This document shows positions 9,375-15,364 of a DNA stretch of 20,000 nucleotides, piece after piece. The stretch comes from an uncultured virus (IMG/VR IMGVR_UViG_3300042446_000574) (lineage: Duplodnaviria > Heunggongvirae > Uroviricota > Caudoviricetes): IMG/VR virus record IMGVR_UViG_3300042446_000574; one strand, written 5' to 3'. Position numbers and translations under genes: made by a program. The notes beneath the pieces were generated by a model. It searched no databases. It saw only the letters and a list, made by a program, of their open reading frames with translations, and was not told the DNA's origin. Numbering within the stretch: the stretch's first letter is position 1; the number at the start of each line of letters is the position of its first letter.

Positions 9375-9598
9375 TTAAAAGCATCCTTAATTTCTGTTTC
9401 TTCAAAAACGCCTTTTGCACCGTAAAGGACAAAGCCAACAATGAACAAAAGAAAGAGGCAAACATAACTTAATGGATTAAAAGGATTCCAACGTCTTTTT
9501 TCAACCATATACATTTTATGATTTGGCAATTCTTTTGTAAATTGAATTACACTTAAAAACATTAAAATTTTTCTAATATTAAACATTATACTATACAT
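9365..9598 (-). CDS. Small membrane protein inserted between terS and terL
   Basis: 77 aa with RRWNPFNPLSY followed by a hydrophobic helix. AT-rich; overlaps both neighbours. Confidence 0.6.
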   Translation of the reverse strand: MYSIMFNIRKILMFLSVIQFTKELPNHKMYMVEKRRWNPFNPLSYVCLFLLFIVGFVLYGAKGVFEETEIKDAFKWR

Positions 9599-9902
9599 TA
9601 TTTTCCTTTGTAAATATAATCGTTGGCACGGTCACCTTTTCCCCCTGTGTCGTGATGTCAATGTTTTGCTTGCTTTTCCCGTATGCACGGTCAAGGAGCA
9701 ACTGAGCCGCCTTGATGTCACCCTTTGCCGCCTGTTCACGAAGCTTCATGATAATAGCTTCGGCTGCCGTGATACCGTCCTTTTCCTGTCCCATGACATT
9801 TGCCATAATCAAGTCAAGGGCTGGGAGTTTCTTAGGGCGTCCGTTGGGGTTGCCTGTTTCTCCTTTTTTCCAACGTGGTTCAATCTTTCCTCTTCCTCCC
9901 AT
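9591..9902 (-). CDS. terS: Terminase small subunit (DUF5681-like)
   Basis: Motifs KKGETGNPNGRPK, A.KGD+KAAQLLLDRAYGK and DITT.GE. The likely start is the ATG at 9902 (103 aa). Lies upstream of terL. Confidence 0.8.
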   Translation of the reverse strand: MGGRGKIEPRWKKGETGNPNGRPKKLPALDLIMANVMGQEKDGITAAEAIIMKLREQAAKGDIKAAQLLLDRAYGKSKQNIDITTQGEKVTVPTIIFTKENNV

Positions 9903-9909
9903 TTCGTTG

Positions 9910-10383
9910 TTATTTCGTTGTTTTGTATTCAAAAGATACTGTAATCCTATTTTCTGAACCAGATGAAATATTGCCAACATTTCTTTTTAAATCTCCTTTA
10001 TTAGGTTTGCTTCTTCCAAAAGTTTTACAAATCCATTCTTTTTGTTTTTTCAAAGAATAAATTAAATTAGGTTGAGATGTTGAAATACTAAATCTATGTT
10101 TTTCTTTATTGTAAACTTTTGCAATCTGATTTAAAATTGTACTTCCAATTCCTAAACCTTGATAATCAGGAAGAACAACAAGTCTATGAACCTTTTTCAT
10201 ATTTTTTAAAAAAGGATGCGGAAAATGTAAAACGCTAATAAATCCAGCTATTTCATTATTTACCATGCAGATAAAAACATTTGCTGCATTATTATGACTT
10301 GAACTTAAATAGTGATACTTACTAAACATTTTCCATATTGATTTATCTGTTGCTTGAAATAATTCAAATTTAATGTCAGGTCT
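9910..10383 (-). CDS. GNAT acetyltransferase domain, probably translated as a fusion to the ABC ATPase
   Basis: Acetyl-CoA motif RLVVLPDYQGLGIG and HYL motif. The frame is open upstream of the Met at 10329 only as far as the A9 run at 10383-10391. Confidence 0.8.
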   Translation of the reverse strand, partial: RPDIKFELFQATDKSIWKMFSKYHYLSSSHNNAANVFICMVNNEIAGFISVLHFPHPFLKNMKKVHRLVVLPDYQGLGIGSTILNQIAKVYNKEKHRFSISTSQPNLIYSLKKQKEWICKTFGRSKPNKGDLKRNVGNISSGSENRITVSFEYKTTK

Positions 10384-10994
10384 TTTTTTTTATCAGAATG
10401 CTTTATAAAAGTCATTGTGTCGGTGTTAAAAACCCAATCAGGCATCAACCATTCCTCTATATCAAAATGACATGATACCGCTATAAACTTTTTATCTGTT
10501 TTCCTGATTGCTTTCTGAGTGGCAAATGACCCAATCTTTGCAATCTGTCTATCTACAACGCTCGTAAATTCATCGAATACAAATAAATCATTCTTTTGCA
10601 ATATCGCGTTGGCTAAATCCACCCTCATTTTTTCTCCATTACTCAAAACATGATAAGGTTTTAACCAACTTGGGGGCGTACTAAATCCAACGCTACTAAA
10701 AGTGTTTGTGATTTCTTCGATGGAACAATCTTTAGGCATATCGTCTAATATGCTTTCGCTTTTATAATTAAAATTAGTAATATAACTTTCTGGAAACAAC
10801 TGTTTTGCAATCGTTGTTTTTCCTGTTCCACTTTTACCAACTATTAAACCAATTTGCCAATCATCATCAATATCAATACTACCTTTAAACCTTTCGGTTA
10901 TATGGTTACTTTGTAAATCAAATCTTCCGATTACACTTGCAATGCGAAAAGATTCTTTTGGCTTGATTTCTTTTATAATGTCAAAAGTCGGCAT
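10305..10994 (-). CDS. ABC-type ATPase (soluble, phage DNA-modification associated)
   Basis: Walker A GKSGTGKT, signature LSNGE, Walker B/D-loop VFDEFTSVVDR, H-loop SCH. No permease nearby. Confidence 0.88.
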   Translation of the reverse strand: MPTFDIIKEIKPKESFRIASVIGRFDLQSNHITERFKGSIDIDDDWQIGLIVGKSGTGKTTIAKQLFPESYITNFNYKSESILDDMPKDCSIEEITNTFSSVGFSTPPSWLKPYHVLSNGEKMRVDLANAILQKNDLFVFDEFTSVVDRQIAKIGSFATQKAIRKTDKKFIAVSCHFDIEEWLMPDWVFNTDTMTFIKHSDKKKDLTLNLNYFKQQINQYGKCLVSITI

Positions 10995-11485
10995 TCGTAG
11001 TTCTGTTCAATTAGTTTATTATAAGTTCTTTCTTGCTCTTGTTCATCTTTGCAAATAACTTCAATCTTAAACATTGATTTTATTTTATCAGATAAATCTT
11101 CCATTTCTTGCTTCTCCACCGTGTCAAACTGCGGTATATCCAAGCCCCATGCCTCCAAGTCCACAACCTCCCAATCGTTCGCAAGTGTGTCCCAATCCCA
11201 TTCGCCAAAGGCGACGTTATCCGCAATAATAAACCGCTTCTTTTCCTCCTCGGTTAAATCGCTGCTTCGTTTTACCCATGCCTCGTCTATGTCATTAAAT
11301 CCAAGTTCTTGTAAAACCCTGAGCCTCATGTTTCCACCAAGAACCACGTTGTTTTCATCAATGACCATAGGGCGAAGCGAAAGCATTTTTGGAAACTCCT
11401 TGATACTTTGCTTTAGCTTTTGAAACTTGTCATCCCTGAGAACCCGTGGGTTGTTTGGGTTTGGTTTTATGTCTTTTAGCTTCAT
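10973..11485 (-). CDS. ParB/Srx-like N-terminal domain protein
   Basis: IKPNPNNPR...LKQSI...RPMVIDENNVVLGGNMRLR...FIIADN...GEWD. Confidence 0.88.
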   Translation of the reverse strand: MKLKDIKPNPNNPRVLRDDKFQKLKQSIKEFPKMLSLRPMVIDENNVVLGGNMRLRVLQELGFNDIDEAWVKRSSDLTEEEKKRFIIADNVAFGEWDWDTLANDWEVVDLEAWGLDIPQFDTVEKQEMEDLSDKIKSMFKIEVICKDEQEQERTYNKLIEQNYECRLLTL

Positions 11486-11865
11486 ATTTTCTTCAGCAAC
11501 TCTTTAATTAATCGCTTGTAAACCTTTGTTTCAATTTTCTTTTCCAACCGTCTTTGTGCGTTGATTGCAGCCGCCCTTTCTTTCCAACGTCTTTCGGCTT
11601 CTGGATCCCAATAAGCGCCTGAGGATTGTTCCTGATTAGCGTTAAACTCGGCGTTTGATTTATACAAATCTTTTGACGTGTTTTCTTTTTCGTTTGGGTC
11701 AAACGATAAATTATTATTTTCTTCTGCTGTTACCATAATGTTATTTGGATTATACGCCGTTACTTCAATGGTTTTAAATGTTAAGTCCACAACCTGAGCC
11801 GTCGGAGCAATTCCAGGAATTAATTTAAATTCATATAATGATTTTTCGTTTACATTTCCCATCAT
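11482..11865 (-). CDS. Hypothetical protein, 127 aa
   Basis: ORF coupled to both neighbours by ATGA overlaps. Confidence 0.6.
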   Translation of the reverse strand: MMGNVNEKSLYEFKLIPGIAPTAQVVDLTFKTIEVTAYNPNNIMVTAEENNNLSFDPNEKENTSKDLYKSNAEFNANQEQSSGAYWDPEAERRWKERAAAINAQRRLEKKIETKVYKRLIKELLKKI

Positions 11866-12866
11866 ATTCCTTTTAACACTTGTTTACGTTTGTTGTTGAC
11901 GGTGAGCAAATTTCGCTCAGTCAAAAGCCATTTCCTGCCTGCCTGCAAATGATTAAAATAATTCCCATCCTTTTCCAAAGCCTTTTCAAATTGATAATAC
12001 AAATCGTCTGAACCCTCGTACAACCGAACGCCTGGAACATTGAACTCCGTTATTTCCTTCGGTGCATAAGGCACGCAACCTGTGACAAGCATTTCCATAG
12101 CAAAGTTATTCGACTTACTTTGATTGAAATTGTCATTTGTCAACGGAAACACGGCGTAATGAGCCGCACTGTTTTTGATTAACTCGAAATATTGAAATAA
12201 GGAATTGTTCCACGGTATGACCTTGACATTCGGATACAATGTTTTTCCCAACCACTCAGGGATTCCAATGAATGCCACCTCGGTGTCCTTGCGGCTGCTG
12301 ACATAATGCCAAAACGTATCCACAGTTTTCAAGTCCTCAATGTGCGTCATGCTTCCACGCCACAACACGCGTTTTACTTTTGCCTCCAGCTTATCAGGTG
12401 ACACGGGACAAAGGGGCGTTACTTGGAAGTCAATGGCATTGGGAATAACCATTATTTTACTTTCGTCAAAGAATTGCTTGTAAAACTCTTTGAGGTATGG
12501 CGTTGAAACGATGATATAATCAGCGTACTTGAAAGCCTTTTCAACCGATTCTTTTACCTGAGGTTTCCCGAAGTGTGCCGACGCTGGATTCGCGGCGTTA
12601 ACCTCATGCAAAAGATCGTCATGGTCAAGGATGATTTTCTTACCCATCTTCTTCGCCTCAGCAATCATTGATAACATGCCGTCACCGTTTGGGCGTTGAA
12701 ATAAGATAACATCAACGTCGTAAAAATCGTACCACTTTACCGTCTCAGGATTGAGGTAAGTAATATGAAGATTTACCATTTGAGAACGAAGCCGCATAAA
12801 TGGATTGACCGACCGATAATAATCAGTCGTTGGGCTGGTTAAATTGGTTACAATGCCTAGCCTCAT
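11862..12866 (-). CDS. Glycosyltransferase (GT-B fold, GT4-like)
   Basis: Motifs YYR...P, FQRP, DHDDLL, ADYIIVSTPYL, VIPNAID, WRGS.TH..DL and PL..DNFNQSKSN...E, typical of phage glycosyltransferases. Confidence 0.8.
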   Translation of the reverse strand: MRLGIVTNLTSPTTDYYRSVNPFMRLRSQMVNLHITYLNPETVKWYDFYDVDVILFQRPNGDGMLSMIAEAKKMGKKIILDHDDLLHEVNAANPASAHFGKPQVKESVEKAFKYADYIIVSTPYLKEFYKQFFDESKIMVIPNAIDFQVTPLCPVSPDKLEAKVKRVLWRGSMTHIEDLKTVDTFWHYVSSRKDTEVAFIGIPEWLGKTLYPNVKVIPWNNSLFQYFELIKNSAAHYAVFPLTNDNFNQSKSNNFAMEMLVTGCVPYAPKEITEFNVPGVRLYEGSDDLYYQFEKALEKDGNYFNHLQAGRKWLLTERNLLTVNNKRKQVLKGI

Positions 12867-13036
12867 TTATTATTCTTTTGGTAATTATCCAATAAAAGGT
12901 TTAAAACCTCTTCCATCGAGTGCTTGACGTTGGTTTCCTTCCACAACTGAAATTGCAAATCAAGCAACTTCTTTCTTATTTTCTCATCCCGATAGCTTAC
13001 CGAAAACACGGCGGCGGCTGTTTTATTGACATTCAT
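12863..13036 (-). CDS. Small protein, possibly ribbon-helix-helix DNA-binding, 57 aa
   Basis: Below the track cutoff: MNVNKTAAAVFSVSYRDEKIRKKLLDLQFQLWKETNVKHSMEEVLNLLLDNYQKNNK. It fills the gap, and its TGA overlaps the ATG of the glycosyltransferase. Confidence 0.6.
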   Translation of the reverse strand: MNVNKTAAAVFSVSYRDEKIRKKLLDLQFQLWKETNVKHSMEEVLNLLLDNYQKNNK

Positions 13037-13247
13037 TTTTTTGTTCTTTTAATCTGTAATAACGTTCCATTTGGTATTTATTTACCCTCTCTTTGTTCGC
13101 TTGATACCACGCTTTATTCCTAATGCTTTTCTCGGCCTTTTTCTCAGGTGATTGATTCTGGTGATAAAGCCTAAAATATTCCCTTAGCTTTTGCTTCTGG
13201 TACTCGGTCATTTTCTCCCGATACTGCTTTTGATACTCAGGCGTCAT
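13023..13247 (-). CDS. Hypothetical basic helical protein
   Basis: 74 aa, K/E/Q/Y-rich (YQKQYREK, WYQANKER). Confidence 0.6.
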   Translation of the reverse strand: MTPEYQKQYREKMTEYQKQKLREYFRLYHQNQSPEKKAEKSIRNKAWYQANKERVNKYQMERYYRLKEQKNECQ

Positions 13248-13249
13248 AA

Positions 13250-13627
13250 TTAAAATGGGAGTGATTCGTCTTTTACCGTTGTTTCATTTGTCATCTTCGG
13301 GTTATTTTCCCCAGCCGTTGCCTTGCCTCCAAACTCGATGTTGTTTACCATGCAACGAATTACGCCCGTCGGTTCTCCGTTCTTCATGTACGCATTCACG
13401 CCGCCCGTTCCTTCCACGACAACATAAGTACCTTTTAGCAAGTGAGGCGCAAGTTTGGAGCCACGCTCACCCCACATTGAACAGGTGACCCAAACCGTCT
13501 TTTCAGTTGGATTGTTTCCAAATGTCTTTTCCGTATGAGCTACCGAGAATGAACAAACGGTTGTATCGCCAACGGACTTGATTTCAGCATCTGTACCAAT
13601 GCGACCTGCGACTATTAATTTTATCAT
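13250..13627 (-). CDS. ssb: Single-stranded DNA-binding protein
   Basis: OB-fold motifs GRIG.DAE, FSVA, T.WV.CS.WG and KGT.V.VEG, with acidic tail DESLPF. Confidence 0.92.
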   Translation of the reverse strand: MIKLIVAGRIGTDAEIKSVGDTTVCSFSVAHTEKTFGNNPTEKTVWVTCSMWGERGSKLAPHLLKGTYVVVEGTGGVNAYMKNGEPTGVIRCMVNNIEFGGKATAGENNPKMTNETTVKDESLPF

Positions 13628-13644
13628 TGTATTTTTTCTTTCTG

Positions 13645-13672
13645 CAAAGATAATATTTTATTTGTTATCAAA
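13645..13672 (-). promoter_or_regulatory. Bacteroidota sigma-A-type promoter for the ssb arm
   Basis: Minus strand TATCTTTG(CA) at 13652-13645 matches TAnnTTTG. TTTG at 13672-13669 gives a 16-nt spacer, somewhat short. Confidence 0.6.
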
Positions 13673-13700
13673 TTTAAAATATTTTTTAAGAATATATTTG

Positions 13701-13708
13701 TAACTTTG
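13701..13708 (+). promoter_or_regulatory. Bacteroidota -7 promoter box upstream of the tRNA-like array
   Basis: TAACTTTG matches TAnnTTTG, 3 nt before the first tRNA-like element. Confidence 0.55.
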
Positions 13709-13711
13709 TGG

Positions 13712-13781
13712 CGCAAGTTAGTTTAATGTTAAAATGTTTTGCGACGGCAAAAAGACGAAGATTAGATTCCTTCACTTGCAG
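13712..13781 (+). ncRNA. Degenerate tRNA-like element A
   Basis: Acceptor GCAAGT/ACTTGC; TAGTTTAATGTTAAAA D-region; TTTTGC-GACG-GCAAAA arm with a 4-nt loop; AGAC variable loop; degenerate T arm GAAGA-TTAGATT-CCTTC. Confidence 0.5.
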
Positions 13782-13785
13782 GTTT

Positions 13786-13907
13786 AACAAGGTAGCTCAG
13801 TAGGTTAGAGCAACTGGCGACAACGGTTCGAGTCCGTTCCATACGAAAGTATGAGGTGTGTAGGGTGTCAAGCGAGTGTGCCGCGGGTTCGATTCCCGCC
13901 CTTGTAC
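13786..13907 (+). ncRNA. tRNA-like element B with a 70-nt insert replacing the anticodon/variable arms
   Basis: Acceptor ACAAGG/CCTTGT; TA-GCTC-AGTAGGTTA-GAGC D arm; GCGGG-TTCGATT-CCCGC T arm. Confidence 0.75.
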
Positions 13908-13971
13908 TTACCACCCGAAGGTTGAGCAATGCTGGCACCGTGCGTTGATAAAGGGATGGAACGGTGTAAAA

Positions 13972-14066
13972 AGCAAGGTGGCGAAAGGTATCGCCAGGGC
14001 TAACCGTGTACGCAAGCTACTCAACGTTGAGCGGTGCACAAGCGGGTTCGATTCCCGCCCTTGCTA
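13972..14066 (+). ncRNA. tRNA-like element C with a 47-nt central insert
   Basis: Perfect 7-bp acceptor AGCAAGG/CCTTGCT; TG-GCG-AAAGGTAT-CGC D arm; GCGGG-TTCGATT-CCCGC T arm. No 5-7-5 anticodon arm found. Confidence 0.75.
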
Positions 14067-14080
14067 CTAAAATTTTAATT

Positions 14081-14245
14081 ATGGAAATAGCAATGATTGT
14101 AGGATGGGTAATTATCATATCGAGTTGGACAATACCATCTTTTATTAAAGATGTACCTATTAAAGATGTATCTAGCAGAAGATTTGTAGGACTAGTGTTA
14201 GCAACTTTTGCATTAGGTATTTTCTTAGGTAATTTATTAAGTTAA
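14081..14245 (+). CDS. Small two-helix membrane protein, 54 aa
   Basis: The ATG at 14081 follows an AT-rich leader. MEIAMIVGWVIIISSWTIPSF...FVGLVLATFALGIFLGNLLS. The track start at 14006 lies inside RNA element C. Confidence 0.65.
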   Translation: MEIAMIVGWVIIISSWTIPSFIKDVPIKDVSSRRFVGLVLATFALGIFLGNLLS

Positions 14246-14259
14246 TTTTAAAATTAATT

Positions 14260-14371
14260 AGCAAGGTGGCGGAATTGGTAGACGCTTAAGGGTTGGGTGG
14301 ATGTTGCAACGTAAAACAGAGAAAATAACCTTATAAAATCCACCGTGCAGTTTCGAATGCTGCCCTTGCTT
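14260..14371 (+). ncRNA. tRNA-like element D (tRNA-Leu-like D arm) with a 61-nt central insert
   Basis: Acceptor AGCAAGG/CCTTGCT; GTGGCGGAATTGGTAGACGC D region; GCAGT-TTCGAAT-GCTGC T arm; followed by a T-run. Confidence 0.75.
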
Positions 14372-14380
14372 TTTTTAAAC

Positions 14381-14424
14381 CTCTCTTAAATCTCTAATTA
14401 AATCTCTCTTAATCTCTCTTAAAA
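14381..14424. repeat. Short low-complexity tandem repeat (CTCTCTTAA x3 plus a variant)
   Basis: ctctcttaaatctctaattaaatctctcttaatctctcttaaaa. Confidence 0.6.
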
Positions 14425-14430
14425 TTACAC

Positions 14431-14454
14431 CATTTCGTTGACGTCAACAAAATG
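14431..14454. repeat. 24-bp inverted repeat
   Basis: CATTT-C-GTTGACGTCAAC-A-AAATG, one mismatched pair. Confidence 0.7.
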
Positions 14455-14469
14455 ATAAAAACAAAACAA

Positions 14470-15078
14470 ATGATTGATAACAAATTCTTTTTTGACAAAT
14501 CCGTGGAACTTGGTTTTACCACCACGGATTACGAACCCCTTGTAAACTTGCATACCAACGGTGCAAGGGTTTTGCAAATCATGGGGTGCGAATCCGTGTT
14601 TGAATTTGGCTCAGGACTTGGATTCTTTTTATCCGCCTGCCAGCGCGTGGGCTTATATAAACACGTTGGGTATGACATTAACCCGTATGAAAGAGAATTT
14701 GCGATAAGCAAGGGCATTGACCCAGGGAGATATTTACTTGCAAAATGGGTGACAAAGTACCAACTGGGCAGGTATGAATTAAAAACGTATGGCAGTTACG
14801 ATGCCATTTATTCCACGGAGGTATTTGAACACATGACCGACCAACAAATATCCTTTGTCATGCCGATACTTTACAAAGCTTGTAAGAAGTATTTTTATTT
14901 CACATCCACGCCTCATGCCTCAGCCGATCCTGCCTTTGACATTGAATGGGGACATATCAACTTGAAGCAAAAGGATGAATGGGTTGCCATGTTTGCAAGG
15001 CACGGTTTTGACTTGCTGAGGGAAGCGACGGAGGTGACGCCCTGGGGGCTTTTGTTCGTGAAAAGGGAGAAAAAGTAA
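14470..15078 (+). CDS. Class I SAM-dependent methyltransferase (non-DNA type)
   Basis: Motif I VFEFGSGLG, GYDIN, YDAIYSTEVFEH and GHINLK...W. The start is 14470 or 14452. Confidence 0.85.
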   Translation: MIDNKFFFDKSVELGFTTTDYEPLVNLHTNGARVLQIMGCESVFEFGSGLGFFLSACQRVGLYKHVGYDINPYEREFAISKGIDPGRYLLAKWVTKYQLGRYELKTYGSYDAIYSTEVFEHMTDQQISFVMPILYKACKKYFYFTSTPHASADPAFDIEWGHINLKQKDEWVAMFARHGFDLLREATEVTPWGLLFVKREKK

Positions 15079-15081
15079 ATT

Positions 15082-15237
15082 ATGGCAAATTTCATAAAAG
15101 AAGCATTGGACAAGGTTTTCACAGAGGGAAATTAATTTCCGTCTGTGACATACGAAACGCCGCCAGCCGTGGTAAAATACATGGAAATGCAAAGCGCACT
15201 GGGGAATCCGCCGTGGAAAAAAAGGAGGAGAAAGTAA
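15082..15237 (+). pseudogene. Small ORF interrupted by one in-frame TAA
   Basis: MANFIKEALDKVFTEGN*FPSVTYETPPAVVKYMEMQSALGNPPWKKRRRK* fills the gap exactly. The internal stop is at 15133-15135. Confidence 0.4.
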
Positions 15238-15248
15238 ATAATATTTTG

Positions 15249-15355
15249 TATATTTGCTTAAACTTTTTGCAGGACGCACTACCCAGCAAAAGGTATTTGA
15301 GGAAACCATTTACCTCATTAAACCCATAAAGAGTAGTGCCTTTGTGGGTTTTTTT
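15249..15355 (+). promoter_or_regulatory. Promoter plus structured leader/attenuator 1
   Basis: TATATTTG box at 15249-15256; hairpins at 15262-15294 and 15298-15317; terminator AAACCCATAAAG-agtagtgc-CTTTGTGGGTTT with T-run at 15320-15355. Confidence 0.7.
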
Positions 15356-15364
15356 ATTTTTACT

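Noticed and set aside
10305..10994. ABC transporter
   Set aside because: There is no permease, and the ParB/GNAT/terminase context indicates a soluble ATPase.
649..13488. Plus-strand ORFs in the track (e.g. 649-1095, 3487-4035, 5221-5610, 11049-11423)
   Set aside because: They are antisense shadows of a tightly coupled minus-strand operon and have no recognisable motifs.
13908..13971. Theta/HDV-like or hammerhead ribozyme in the tRNA trailer
   Set aside because: I could not fit the nested double pseudoknot or a CUGANGA/GAAA core by eye.
13786..14066. tmRNA formed from the 5' end of B and the 3' end of C
   Set aside because: Each element has its own complete D stem, T arm and acceptor, and no tag-peptide ORF is evident.
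13876..14070. 64-aa plus-strand ORF
   Set aside because: It overlaps the tRNA-like RNAs; the repeated GFDSRPC is just the translated T arm.
13786..14371. Canonical tRNA genes, tRNA-Sec or intron-containing tRNAs
   Set aside because: No 5-bp stem with a 7-nt anticodon loop in the expected position. Element C is 95 nt but lacks the 8-bp acceptor and a properly placed UCA. The inserts are too short for group I/II introns.
15254..15364. TTG-initiated N-terminal extension of the HNH-helicase
   Set aside because: It starts inside the promoter box and crosses the leader terminator. The ATG at 15365 fits the HNH domain start.
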